A stretch of DNA of 64,000 bases, taken from contig CAYQCE010000003.1 in the NCBI GenBank assembly GCA_964415885.1, forward strand, positions 922 through 64,921. Reading direction: 5' to 3'. Source of the stretch: an uncultured Ignavibacteria bacterium (lineage in GTDB: Bacteria; Zixibacteria; MSB-5A5; JAABVY01; JAHJOQ01). The notes beneath the pieces were generated by a model that saw only the letters and a list, made by a program, of their open reading frames with translations, ran no database searches and was not told the DNA's origin. Below are positions 38,641 through 48,374 of this stretch, piece by piece (within the stretch, counting starts at the first letter, position 1; each line of letters opens with the position of its first letter). Position numbers and translations under genes: made by a program.

Positions 38641-39120
38641 TCAGATCTTAACTGCGAGAGAGTCTTTTTTCTTCTTCTTGTCTCTCTTCTTCTCCAGTTC
38701 ATCCATGATGAAGTGCTGGATAGTATAAGGACTGTTTACCAGCACTGTTTGCTTCGCTATGCTCTTATCCACATTGATAAGCAACGGTCCCTGGAGATTC
38801 GCGGACATCTGCGATATGTCCTTCGGGATCGTTACGATAACATAGGTTTCCACATTCGTCGTCTCGTCGACCTCGATATCCTCCAGCTCTCTCAGGCTCA
38901 TCTCTATCTTGTAGCCGGGGAAGAAGAACGCCGGATTTGAGATCACGAACGCCAGATTGGGGTCCTCAATTGACTGGAGCCACCTGAAGGGCTCGGAATC
39001 CTCTCTGTGCAGAATCACATACTCGTGGAACTGCTCGAAACCTAGAATCCCTTTCGGGAAATCGACTATTTTGTCTTCCGGAATATCCAGTTCGCCGAAT
39101 CTTAATGTCACGATCTTCAT
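38641..39120 (-). CDS. fliW: Flagellar assembly factor FliW
   Basis: TLRFG, FPKGILGFE, WLQS..DPNLAF, SANLQGPL. Confidence 0.93.
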   Translation of the reverse strand: MKIVTLRFGELDIPEDKIVDFPKGILGFEQFHEYVILHREDSEPFRWLQSIEDPNLAFVISNPAFFFPGYKIEMSLRELEDIEVDETTNVETYVIVTIPKDISQMSANLQGPLLINVDKSIAKQTVLVNSPYTIQHFIMDELEKKRDKKKKKDSLAVKI

Positions 39121-39129
39121 TATCAAATC

Positions 39130-41082
39130 CTATCTGAGGAAGTCGAGTAGTGACGGCTGAATTATCTTCGCAGCAGCCTGCAAAGCCGCCGTGTATACGG
39201 TCTCCTGCTGTGCAAGATCCGTCACCAGTTTTGTCAAATCAGCATCTTCCGTATCCGACAACAGTTTTGTGTAATTCAATCTCATATCGACTATCTTGGT
39301 CTCCGTAGCCCCGAGTCGAACAAGCTTCGCACCTGTGGACGCCCTGACTGTCAGAATCTCGTCAAGTCCACCCTTAAGAGGATCGATTGCAAGTCGGACT
39401 CCTTCACGGTCCCCATCTTCCATAGTCTTCTGAAGCGCTATCAGCGTGCCCGCTACGTCCGGCGAGCCCTCAATACCGAGTTTGCGGGCAGGTTTTGATT
39501 CGCTCGTGTCCCTTACAATCAGGCTTCTCGTCTGATCGTCGTTCACGATCTGAATCCCCGTTCCGGCGGCATTGATCGACGCCGTGATGTCGAGGCCGGA
39601 ACTGTTTATGGCATCCAGCACATCCTGAACGGTGGTTATCCCGCTCGCACCGAGATCTATTAGTCGGCTCTGTTCGCCATGCAGAATTTGAATAGCATCG
39701 AGGTCAACTCCGTTGCCGTTAACGAGTATCGAGATCGGAGTGTCGACAGTCAGCATCGGGTTGATATCGGTCCCGACGAGATACCGGTTCATCAATCCCA
39801 GTATTCCGAGATCCTCTGCCGTCGTCTCACCCGGAGCAGACTCCTCGACCTGGAATTCGGGAATCGGATCGAGATCCTCTCCGATCATATCCGGCCCAAT
39901 GAAACCCTCGATACCGAGATCGTGAGCCGTAGTACCGTCGAGATTGAACTCCGAGACGTACAATCCGATCGGAGTACCATTCATATCCTGGATCCTCAGC
40001 CCCGTTCCGGCAGGGTTGATCGACGCAACGAGGTTGTTCACCAGCGGATCGGGATTCGCAGCGAAAGTCGCATTCAGATTATCCACTACATCCTGAATCG
40101 TACTCGCGGACGTCAAATCGGCCTCGAACGAGACAGAGCTGTCATCGTTATGGAACAGGATCTTACCCGGGTCCATATCCACGCCGGCGCCCTGCATCAC
40201 ATTCTTGAGCGGCGTGTTGCCGTTTATTTCGTTTCTATCCGTCGCAACCAGTCGAAGGTTGTTTCCTTCTGGTCCTATCTCCGCTGTCAGATTCGTAATT
40301 GGAGGTACATTGGCTGCGAGCTGTGTATTGATCTCCGTAATTGCATCCTGCACGGTGGCGTTGACCGCGAGCCCGGACAGGTCTATGGCTGCTGTAATAC
40401 CAAGATTCTTATCTACTACATTGAAGATTCCGGGTGCCTGATCGATACCAGTGCCGCCATTGAGGCTTGATATGAGTGTAGCACCTTCCACGCCGGCATT
40501 GACATCCGCAGATTCTCCGAGCGTGGAGTATGACTTGGTGAGAATATCCGACCCCGGAATGTTGATCGTCATTCTCGCTCTCTCTTCGATCTCGATCTGA
40601 ATCTGACCACTGTCCCCTTCGTAGACCACGCCGGTACCGTATGCGGTGAACGGAGTCACATTCGTTCGAAAACCGCCGAAGACATACTGGCCCTGCACCT
40701 GTGCGTTAACAGAACGCACGAGCTGATCGATCATCGCCTTTACTTCTTCAGCGCCACCCGCCAGTGAAAGATCCGCCTGGTTGTCGCTACCGAGCTGAAC
40801 AGCCAGCGCGCTTGCGTCGGTGAGAGTCGAGTTGATATCGTCCAGCACAACATCCATCTGCGAAAGCCATGATGTCGAGTGCGAGATATTCTTCTCGAAT
40901 TGGTCGATCTTCCGCAACGTGCTCCGGAAAGAGAGATCCCGAATCGTGCCCGTGGGATCATCGGAGGGCTTGTTGATCTTCCGACCAGTCGACATCTGAT
41001 TCTGCAGAGTCATAAATCGCTCGATCCCGCGCCTCAGGTTGGTGATCACGGTATCTGAGATCATTTTGTTGGTAACACGCAT
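39130..41082 (-). CDS. flgL: Hook-filament junction protein FlgL (about 650 aa)
   Basis: MRVTN, STGRKINKPSDDP, YVFGG, EDADL, PSLLDFLR; start at ATG 41082. Confidence 0.92.
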   Translation of the reverse strand: MRVTNKMISDTVITNLRRGIERFMTLQNQMSTGRKINKPSDDPTGTIRDLSFRSTLRKIDQFEKNISHSTSWLSQMDVVLDDINSTLTDASALAVQLGSDNQADLSLAGGAEEVKAMIDQLVRSVNAQVQGQYVFGGFRTNVTPFTAYGTGVVYEGDSGQIQIEIEERARMTINIPGSDILTKSYSTLGESADVNAGVEGATLISSLNGGTGIDQAPGIFNVVDKNLGITAAIDLSGLAVNATVQDAITEINTQLAANVPPITNLTAEIGPEGNNLRLVATDRNEINGNTPLKNVMQGAGVDMDPGKILFHNDDSSVSFEADLTSASTIQDVVDNLNATFAANPDPLVNNLVASINPAGTGLRIQDMNGTPIGLYVSEFNLDGTTAHDLGIEGFIGPDMIGEDLDPIPEFQVEESAPGETTAEDLGILGLMNRYLVGTDINPMLTVDTPISILVNGNGVDLDAIQILHGEQSRLIDLGASGITTVQDVLDAINSSGLDITASINAAGTGIQIVNDDQTRSLIVRDTSESKPARKLGIEGSPDVAGTLIALQKTMEDGDREGVRLAIDPLKGGLDEILTVRASTGAKLVRLGATETKIVDMRLNYTKLLSDTEDADLTKLVTDLAQQETVYTAALQAAAKIIQPSLLDFLR

Positions 41083-41086
41083 CGTG

Positions 41087-41242
41087 CTAACCCTCTTCGT
41101 AGTAGACAAACTCGGAGTCGAGACCGTTGCTCATCAGCTTCTCGGCGGCCTCTTTGTCGATACTCGACTTTCCACTCTGTTCTCTCGAACCCGAGAGCTG
41201 CTTTTCGCTCTGGTTCAGATCTTTTTCTTTTCCATTGCTCAT
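41087..41242 (-). CDS. 51-aa hypothetical protein between csrA and flgL
   Basis: ATG overlaps the csrA stop (ATGA); [51 protein letters not shown] ends 4 nt before the flgL ATG. Confidence 0.55.
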   Translation of the reverse strand: MSNGKEKDLNQSEKQLSGSREQSGKSSIDKEAAEKLMSNGLDSEFVYYEEG

Positions 41243-41562
41243 TCCGGCGGCCTCTTGTTTCGCCTTTGATTCTTGCTGTCGGACTTATAGTTGATCTTTG
41301 CCTTTTTGTCCGACTGTTTCATCTCACCCTTAAATTTGTTCTTAAGAAGCCTCACCACGTTTCCAAGGTCTTCCTTGACAGCCTCGGATGCCTTGCGATT
41401 CTCATTCTGGATCTTGACATAGATCTCTTCTCGATGCACGACTACTTTCAGCGGCGCCTCGATGCCGATCCTGACCTGCCTGCCATAGATCCCGAGAACC
41501 GTGACCTTGATGTTGTCACCGATTGTGATGCTTTCTCCTAACTTCCTTGTCAGAATCAGCAC
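41239..41562 (-). CDS. csrA: Carbon storage regulator CsrA with C-terminal extension
   Basis: [16 protein letters not shown]...VRIGIEAP...HREEIY...EN. Confidence 0.95.
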   Translation of the reverse strand: MLILTRKLGESITIGDNIKVTVLGIYGRQVRIGIEAPLKVVVHREEIYVKIQNENRKASEAVKEDLGNVVRLLKNKFKGEMKQSDKKAKINYKSDSKNQRRNKRPPE

Positions 41563-41580
41563 AGCGTATCCTTCCTTGGG

Positions 41581-42990
41581 CTATCTACCGGCCACTCCAG
41601 TGTTGTTGATCAACGTTTCCAGCGATTGATCGATGAAGTTGATGATCCTCGCCGCAGCGTTGTAGGCGTGCTGGTATTTCACCAGGTTCGCCATCTCCTC
41701 GTCCAGAGAGACTCCATGTACCGACTGCCTCGCATTATCGAGCTGCTGAACCAGCAACTCGTAATTCTGCTTCTGATTTTGGGCCTCCATGACCTGAGTA
41801 CCGATAGATCCTATAATCTGTCGATAGAATTCATCTATAGTAGTTGTATTGTCGACCATCACCTTGTCCACCTTGAGAAGGTCAGCTATGGCAAGAGCGT
41901 TTGAGCCGTCACCAACCTCGCCGCTCGTGGACGCTGCTATCAGACCATGATCGTTCACGATTTCGATGTTCAGATTAATTGTGTCGGCGGTAATGCCTAA
42001 GGGATCGAAGTAATTATAACCGGACTGCGGATTGCCGAGGGAATCCGGCATCCCGTAACCTGCGAGATGAGCCTCGTTTACTCTCTGCACTATCGTACGA
42101 GCGAGGCTATTGACCTTGTCAAGATAGCTGGGCAACACTTCATCACGCATATTGAAGAGCGACTTCATCTCACCGTTGAAAAACTCCAGTTCGAGCTCCG
42201 TGTTCTTCCACTTCACATTGGCCGCTGCAATGTTGTCGTCGGCCACCTTATCAACATCCAGCTCCCAGAATGAGCCGGAATCGACAAAACCCATCGAGCC
42301 GATGTATACGGTTATATTGCCGCGTTCATTCTCTCGGACGGTTACGTCCACATAGCTCGAGAGCTGATCAATCAGTAGATCACGGCGATCACGCAGGTCG
42401 TTCGCGCTCTCTCCTGCGAGCTCGAGCTGGTTGATTCTCGAATTGATACTCGCAATCTCGCTTCCGAGGTTGTTTATCTCCGCTACCTTGATCTGAATAT
42501 CTTCGTTTACAGATTTTCGCTGCTCGAATAGCTGCCGGTGTAGCTGATGAAACGCGTTCGTCAGCAGATTAGTCTGCTGAACGAGCATGTTTCTATTTTC
42601 GGGCTTCTCAGGCTGTTTGGCGAGTTCCTGCCACGATGCCCAGAAGTCATTTATCACGGCTCCGAGGCTTGTGTCCTGTGGCTCGTTGAAGAATGACTCG
42701 ACCTGCTCAAGGTTCGAGGATCGGGAAGACCAGTGTCCGAGGCCCTGATTCTCCTGCCTCCAACGGTTGCTGATGAATGCATCGCGCATTCTCTCAACCG
42801 ATGCAATATCAACACCCATTCCCATAATCCCATACGTGAAACGCACGGGTTCAGCATTGGTGAGATTCACGCGCTGACGAGTGAATCCGGGAGTGTTGAC
42901 ATTGGAGACATTATGACTCGCCGTATTCATCGAGGCCTGATGCGACATCAGAGCCTTCTTGCCGATCTCCAGTCCTTGAAACAGTGACAT
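41581..42990 (-). CDS. flgK: Hook-associated protein FlgK
   Basis: HNVSNVNTPGFTRQ, NDLRDRRD, GVSLDEEMANL..YQHAY. Confidence 0.94.
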   Translation of the reverse strand: MSLFQGLEIGKKALMSHQASMNTASHNVSNVNTPGFTRQRVNLTNAEPVRFTYGIMGMGVDIASVERMRDAFISNRWRQENQGLGHWSSRSSNLEQVESFFNEPQDTSLGAVINDFWASWQELAKQPEKPENRNMLVQQTNLLTNAFHQLHRQLFEQRKSVNEDIQIKVAEINNLGSEIASINSRINQLELAGESANDLRDRRDLLIDQLSSYVDVTVRENERGNITVYIGSMGFVDSGSFWELDVDKVADDNIAAANVKWKNTELELEFFNGEMKSLFNMRDEVLPSYLDKVNSLARTIVQRVNEAHLAGYGMPDSLGNPQSGYNYFDPLGITADTINLNIEIVNDHGLIAASTSGEVGDGSNALAIADLLKVDKVMVDNTTTIDEFYRQIIGSIGTQVMEAQNQKQNYELLVQQLDNARQSVHGVSLDEEMANLVKYQHAYNAAARIINFIDQSLETLINNTGVAGR

Positions 42991-43030
42991 CCGTGAAAAC
43001 TTCCTTGTTTGCGAGTCTTTTGGTCGAGCG

Positions 43031-43528
43031 TCACACTGTCCGATTGACTACTATGCTCGACGGCTTCCCATTCTTCGGTTTCTTGTCGACGTAAACCGAT
43101 TTGTCGTCTGCGAGCGATGCGAACAGCTTGACTGCATCCCCGATGTATTCCATCGACTTCTGAATCAGGAATTCGTTCTTTGATTTCACCCGGTTGATTT
43201 TGGCATGGAGGTCCAGAAGCCGTTTCTGCATTGCCTCCAGCCTCTCGGCCTGCGGCCTCGATAGATCGCGCGTGATGCGCGAAAGCGTTAGATCATTTGG
43301 ATCGGCGTCAAGATGATTAGAGAGCTCGTTCACTACCCTCATCCGGATCTTCTCGAGATCCCGACTGCGAACAATCGCCTCTTCCTGCTGCTTTATCACA
43401 TTGTTGAGACCATTGAGATCGTTCTCAACCAGGTGGTTCTGCTGCTCGGTTAGAAGCTGCAGAAACAGCTCGTACTGTTTCACTTCCTCTGAGACAGTCT
43501 CGGTCAACTTGTTGATCAATGATTCCAC
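43031..43528 (-). CDS. flgN: Flagellar export chaperone FlgN
   Basis: Helical protein (LTLSRI, KNEFLIQKS) upstream of flgK. Confidence 0.8.
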   Translation of the reverse strand: MESLINKLTETVSEEVKQYELFLQLLTEQQNHLVENDLNGLNNVIKQQEEAIVRSRDLEKIRMRVVNELSNHLDADPNDLTLSRITRDLSRPQAERLEAMQKRLLDLHAKINRVKSKNEFLIQKSMEYIGDAVKLFASLADDKSVYVDKKPKNGKPSSIVVNRTV

Positions 43529-43564
43529 GCTATCTCCAGTGGGTGTTTCGATCTTCCGCTAAAG

Positions 43565-43591
43565 TTGTCGGTTTTTGCGCCCTGTTCCTTA
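43565..43591 (-). promoter_or_regulatory. Sigma28-like promoter upstream of flgN
   Basis: TAAG-N15-ACCGACAA. Confidence 0.6.
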
Positions 43592-43662
43592 ACGAGATTT
43601 CCATTTCTGTACTTTCGTGTATCATTCCGAAATGGCGATTAAAGCCTCTATCGCTCGGCGCT

Positions 43663-44172
43663 TTAGTCCAACCGATCATCGGCTTGCGGCGTCTCATCCG
43701 CCTTTCCGATACCGATTCTGATCATATCCCTGTTCATCCGACGAACACCGCTCAGGTCCCTCAGCAACTGCAGATCGGAACCGGCTTCATCCGAGTTCTC
43801 GTCGCGATCTATCGGTTTGAAATCTGCTCCAGATTCCGATTCAGCCGCTTTCGAAGCTTCGAACGACTCGAAGTGCTCCATCAGGAGCTTCGATATCCCA
43901 AAAGCATCGCTGTCAGCGATCTTGTCGGCGACTGCTTGATCGGCGACGGACATCATCACGTCTTGACCGAAACCGAAATCACTCTTGTCACTAACGCTCT
44001 TGATTGACTGACGCATGGTTTTGAGAAGCTGATATACGAAAAGCGCCTCGAAGTCCCGAGTCGCTTTCTGAAGCTTGCGCCTTTCGTATTTCGGATCAAC
44101 CTTGCCGACTTCTTTGAAGCCTTCTTCAGATTGCTTGTTCTCCGCTATACTCTTAAGCGCCATGAAATCCAT
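43663..44172 (-). CDS. flgJ: FlgJ rod-binding domain protein (no muramidase domain)
   Basis: KLQKATRDFEALFVYQLLKTMR...FGISKLL; follows flgI. Confidence 0.8.
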   Translation of the reverse strand: MDFMALKSIAENKQSEEGFKEVGKVDPKYERRKLQKATRDFEALFVYQLLKTMRQSIKSVSDKSDFGFGQDVMMSVADQAVADKIADSDAFGISKLLMEHFESFEASKAAESESGADFKPIDRDENSDEAGSDLQLLRDLSGVRRMNRDMIRIGIGKADETPQADDRLD

Positions 44173-44196
44173 GCTTATTCTCCGCTACCGCAATCA

Positions 44197-45312
44197 CTAC
44201 AGTATGATCAGTTCGGCCCGTAAGGCGCCCGCCTGTTTCAGTGCCTGGAAGATCGCTATGATATCACGTGGCGTTGCGCCGATACCATTCAGCGCCGCTG
44301 CGACCTCGGATATATTAGTCCGCTCTTCCATAGCCACCACCCGAGCCGCCTCATCCTCTACCTCTATAAAGCTCTCCTGAGACTTCACTGTCTCACCCTT
44401 CGAGAACGGGGCCGGCTGAGATATTATCGGTATCGACTTGACCGCTATCGTGATAGTACCATGTGCGAGAGCGACTGGTGCGATCGATACGTGTTCGCCG
44501 GCTACTATGGTTCCGGTCTTTTCGTTGATAACGACCCGCGCAGGTGTATCCGGCTCGACTCTGAGATTTTCTACGGTTGAAACGAACTGCACCCATCCCG
44601 ATTTCATCTGAAGCGAATCGGGTACGACGAGTTCAATCGTGCTCTGATCGAGTGGATACGCGCTTCCGGGAAACACCTCGTTAATGCAGTCTTTCAGACG
44701 GTCCGCAGTCGTGAAATCCGGATTGTAGAGGCTTAGCTGAAGCACCTTGAGGTCGAAATCCTCCATCGAGTATCCGATATTCACATCCAGTCCCCCCGGA
44801 ATCCTTCCCACAAGCGTATAGTTGTTGACGATCTTGTTGTTGTCATCCACCTGCACATTGAAACCACCGATCGAGATCGGCCCCGACGCATAGCCGAATA
44901 TCCGGCCGTCGACCGACTTCATAGGCGTCAGAAGCAGGCTTCCACCTTTTAGGGAAGTAGCATCGCCAAGGGAGGAGACTGTTACATCGATGCTACTTCC
45001 CTTTTTTGTGCCAGGAGGAAGAGCAGCCGTCACTACTACTGCAGCAACGTTCTTTACCTTAACCTTCTCGACCGGTACTGTCACCCCCATACGCTGGAGC
45101 ATATTGACCAGAGACTGCACGGTGAACACGGTTCCCTTGCCATCCCCCGATCCCTCCAGCCCAACAACGAGACCGTAACCGATCAGAGACACTTCGTTTT
45201 GACTGTTGATTTTAGCTATGTCCTTTAGCCGAACCGAAGCGAACGACTTCGCCGCAAACCACAGTGTCGGCACGATAATCAGTATCAGAAATAGAATCGT
45301 TCTCTTCTTCAT
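44197..45312 (-). CDS. flgI: Flagellar P-ring protein
   Basis: LIGYGLVVGLEGSGD, KNVAAVVVTA, VVINEKTGTIV, LKQAGALRAEL. Confidence 0.96.
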   Translation of the reverse strand: MKKRTILFLILIIVPTLWFAAKSFASVRLKDIAKINSQNEVSLIGYGLVVGLEGSGDGKGTVFTVQSLVNMLQRMGVTVPVEKVKVKNVAAVVVTAALPPGTKKGSSIDVTVSSLGDATSLKGGSLLLTPMKSVDGRIFGYASGPISIGGFNVQVDDNNKIVNNYTLVGRIPGGLDVNIGYSMEDFDLKVLQLSLYNPDFTTADRLKDCINEVFPGSAYPLDQSTIELVVPDSLQMKSGWVQFVSTVENLRVEPDTPARVVINEKTGTIVAGEHVSIAPVALAHGTITIAVKSIPIISQPAPFSKGETVKSQESFIEVEDEAARVVAMEERTNISEVAAALNGIGATPRDIIAIFQALKQAGALRAELIIL

Positions 45313-45321
45313 GACATATCC

Positions 45322-45906
45322 TCAGAAGAGCCAGTTTAGAAATCTGATTATTATTCCCGGTCGAGCACCGGTCGAAACCGGGCCCTTGCCGCGGTATGAT
45401 ATCTGCGCATCGGCGATGTTGTATGACTCCACGGTGTTGTCTGAATTGATGTCCTGCGATCGCACGATGCCGGAGAGGGTCAGCGTTTCATCATCATTGT
45501 TAATTGTAATCACACGGTGCCCCTCGATCACGAGGTCACCGTTGTGACGGACAGCGATCACTCTCACTGTCATATTCGCCTTCAGTTGGCCCTGCCTGCT
45601 GCTGTTTCCGCTTCCCTTGTATTCATTCGTGTTCTCGCCGGACGCGCCGAAGAGCGGGATGAAATCGAGCGTTCCGACTCCCGGGCCGCCCCTGGTATCA
45701 AACTTCCCTTCCTTCTTGACATCCGTCTGCATGCGGTTTGACGCCTGCGCGTCCTCGTAGATTTTCACCGTAAGAATGTCGCCCACGTCATGAGCTTTTA
45801 TATCCGTGAACAGGCTGCCCGAACCATCGACTAGAGATCTCGCTCCGCACGGTACTGCAAGCAGGATCGACATGATCAGAATTGACAATATTATTGCAGG
45901 TCGCAT
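45322..45906 (-). CDS. flgH: Flagellar L-ring protein
   Basis: SLFTD.KA..VGDILTV, NGDLVIEG, LSGIVR..DI...N, IADAQI.Y.G.G. Confidence 0.9.
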   Translation of the reverse strand: MRPAIILSILIMSILLAVPCGARSLVDGSGSLFTDIKAHDVGDILTVKIYEDAQASNRMQTDVKKEGKFDTRGGPGVGTLDFIPLFGASGENTNEYKGSGNSSRQGQLKANMTVRVIAVRHNGDLVIEGHRVITINNDDETLTLSGIVRSQDINSDNTVESYNIADAQISYRGKGPVSTGARPGIIIRFLNWLF

Positions 45907-45915
45907 ATAATCACC

Positions 45916-46602
45916 TCACCTGTTCACTATTACGACGCCCTCGGATTCGACTTCCGCCTGAAGACGCTTTCTCGTTTCCTTGTTCATGACATTGATCCGA
46001 TCTCCAACACAGCCGTCCTCTTTCGCGACTCCAAGTGTCGAAATATCGAGTGAGCCGATTGCACAGCGTATCACGACCTCGTCGCCGCGAGCGATAACAG
46101 GAATTCGCTCGACCATGCGATACTCGAGGGCCTCACCCGCCCGAATGGTCTTGTCCGCACGCATGGAATCGAGTTTCACACTCGGTCGGACTATCTTGTC
46201 GAGATCGTAGGTGACGTCACAACGCTCGACGCGAAAATCACCCGGGTCGATATCCTCGCCGCGGTCTATCTTCCGATTTGCGACGTACGCCTCCTCGTAG
46301 ATCCGAACTCGTGCAGACGATGAAAGCGTCTTGATCGTTACGCCGTTGCGGACGATGTCATATTTCAGCGAGTAGCTTCCGCGCGGCGGGGAAGTCATAT
46401 TCGAGTAGACACGGAGCGAATCCGTTGGCCGGAGTTCATCAAAAGATCGATTCTTCCGGACACTGACAACGACCGATTCGGGATCCAAATCGAAGCGAGT
46501 GACGATGTAGTCACGGGTCGCGTTGAGGACTCTCTCGTTTGCGAGTATCTCACTTCCTGTGAGACAGATCAGAATCAACAATCCAATGTTGAAGTATTTC
46601 AT
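45916..46602 (-). CDS. flgA: P-ring formation chaperone FlgA
   Basis: SAF-like region, VIARGDEV, GVAKEDG.VGDRI.V.N. Confidence 0.85.
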   Translation of the reverse strand: MKYFNIGLLILICLTGSEILANERVLNATRDYIVTRFDLDPESVVVSVRKNRSFDELRPTDSLRVYSNMTSPPRGSYSLKYDIVRNGVTIKTLSSSARVRIYEEAYVANRKIDRGEDIDPGDFRVERCDVTYDLDKIVRPSVKLDSMRADKTIRAGEALEYRMVERIPVIARGDEVVIRCAIGSLDISTLGVAKEDGCVGDRINVMNKETRKRLQAEVESEGVVIVNR

Positions 46603-46607
46603 ATTAC

Positions 46608-47396
46608 CTATCTCTTTAAGTTATTGGCGATTCCCGACATATCATCCGATGTCTGGATCGCCTTCGAGTTCATCTCGTATCCTCTCTGAGCGACAATCAT
46701 GTTGACCATCTCGGTGACAACATCCACGTTGGACATCTCGAGATAGCCCTGAGCGATAGTTCCAAGCCCTTCTTCACCGGCGACTCCAATGATGGGCTCA
46801 CCCGAGGCGGCGGTCTGAGCATACAGGTTGTGTCCCATCGCCTCCAGACCGGCCGGATTGATGAACTTCGCCAGTTCGATCTGTCCCAGCTCCTGCGGAT
46901 CGGTCTGACCGACTATCTTCGCATGAACCGTACCATCGAAACCGATGTGAATCGACTCCGCATCTTCCGGTACCGTAATCTCCGGGAACATGAAATAGCC
47001 GTCGGATGTGGTGATCTGACCTTCAGCGGACAGCTTGAACGAGCCATCGCGAGAGTAGCCTATCGTCCCGTCCGGAAGTGTGATCTGGAAGAACCCGTTA
47101 CCCTCGATCGAAAGGTCGAGTGCGTTGCCTGTCTGCTGAAGCTCCCCCATCTGGAACTGACGTGTCGTGGCGACCGGTCGCGTCCCGTATCCGACCTCCA
47201 GAGATGTCGGAACACGGGTCCCCGGTGAAGCCGAAGTTCCCGCCGGTCGCAGATTCCGATAGAGAACATCCTGAAACTCGAGATTGCTCTTCTTGAATCC
47301 CGTCGTATTGACATTCGCGAGGTTGTTCGCGATGTTATCAACATTCATTTGCTGTGCGGCCATTCCGGAGGCCGCGGTTCTCATTGCCCTTAACAT
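46608..47396 (-). CDS. flgG: Distal rod protein FlgG
   Basis: IANNLANVNTTGFKK, FQDVLY, YSRDGSF, QGYLEMSNV, QRGYEMNSK. Confidence 0.95.
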   Translation of the reverse strand: MLRAMRTAASGMAAQQMNVDNIANNLANVNTTGFKKSNLEFQDVLYRNLRPAGTSASPGTRVPTSLEVGYGTRPVATTRQFQMGELQQTGNALDLSIEGNGFFQITLPDGTIGYSRDGSFKLSAEGQITTSDGYFMFPEITVPEDAESIHIGFDGTVHAKIVGQTDPQELGQIELAKFINPAGLEAMGHNLYAQTAASGEPIIGVAGEEGLGTIAQGYLEMSNVDVVTEMVNMIVAQRGYEMNSKAIQTSDDMSGIANNLKR

Positions 47397-47412
47397 ATTT
47401 GCACCACCTTAA

Positions 47413-48147
47413 TTAGCTTTTTGAACCTACCTCATTGACCGTTTTGCCGAGTGTCTCGTCCTCGATCTGTATCGCCTTCTGGCTCGATTCATATTCTCTA
47501 AATGACTGGATCATGTCGACCATCTCACGGATGACATCCACATTTGCAGTCTCGATGTACCCCTGACGAACCCACAGCCGCTCGGGATCGATCGGTTGCT
47601 CGTCCTCCGGGGCTCTGAACACGCTCCCGTCCAGGCGTTCCAGCCGCTGCATGTTTTCGAACGTAACGAGCTGAAGTCTACCTCTCTCCTCGCCGTTGAC
47701 CATCACGAAGCCGTCAATGCCGACTATAATCTCGCTACCGGGCTCTATCTGAATCGGTCCGGCATCAGTCTGCAGCGCATAGCCGTCGGGAGTCGTAACC
47801 AGCCCTTCGGGGGAAACGCTGAAGTTGCCGGCCCTCGTATAGAGATTCCGGCCATCTTCCGATTGCACGACCATAAATCCCCGTCCGTCAAGCGCGAGAT
47901 TCATCGGATCGCCCGTGCGCTCGAGCACTGACTGCGAGTAATCGGTGTAGATATCGTCGTACATTGGAATCTCCCATGTCTCCTGCTTCGGCATGAAACG
48001 ATCCCTCGCCTGACTAAGCTCCTGGAGGAACATTCCCTCACGCTTGAAGCCGGGCGTGGATGCGTTGGCAAGATTGTTCGAAATGACTTCCTGTTTCTTG
48101 ATCTGTGGCAGCATTCCGGATGCTGCTTTGTAAATTCCTTTAATCAT
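47413..48147 (-). CDS. flgF: Proximal rod protein FlgF
   Basis: ISNNLANASTPGFK, YTRAGNF, QGYIETANV; upstream of flgG. Confidence 0.88.
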   Translation of the reverse strand: MIKGIYKAASGMLPQIKKQEVISNNLANASTPGFKREGMFLQELSQARDRFMPKQETWEIPMYDDIYTDYSQSVLERTGDPMNLALDGRGFMVVQSEDGRNLYTRAGNFSVSPEGLVTTPDGYALQTDAGPIQIEPGSEIIVGIDGFVMVNGEERGRLQLVTFENMQRLERLDGSVFRAPEDEQPIDPERLWVRQGYIETANVDVIREMVDMIQSFREYESSQKAIQIEDETLGKTVNEVGSKS

Positions 48148-48170
48148 GCTATCTCTCCGCCCGATGATTC

Positions 48171-48186
48171 AGCGAAAGGCATGCCG
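48171..48186 (-). promoter_or_regulatory. Possible sigma54 promoter upstream of flgF
   Basis: CGGCATGCCTTTCGCT (GG-N10-GC) about 25 nt before the ATG. Confidence 0.45.
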
Positions 48187-48374
48187 GGGACAGATGACCG
48201 GGCGTAAGAGTCTCAATCGAGATTTGCAAGTTGCGGGGAATCAACGGGATGTAGACATCGATGCAATTCTGCGGCTCGGCAGGGACGGCTGCTCAACACC
48301 TCATGCAAACCAGGTTATTGGAAAGAATTTCCGCAGTACCGGGAGAGGATTTCCTTTGTCACGCAATCAGAGAG

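Noticed and set aside
38324-38641. 105-aa ORF between fliW and the large glycosyltransferase
   Set aside because: It has a TGATG overlap with fliW but no recognisable motif and overlaps the next gene by more than 50 nt; not excluded, but unsupported.
14336-48147. Flagellar region as an island integrated at tRNA-Val
   Set aside because: It lies on the 5' side of the tRNA, with no integrase or att duplication seen.
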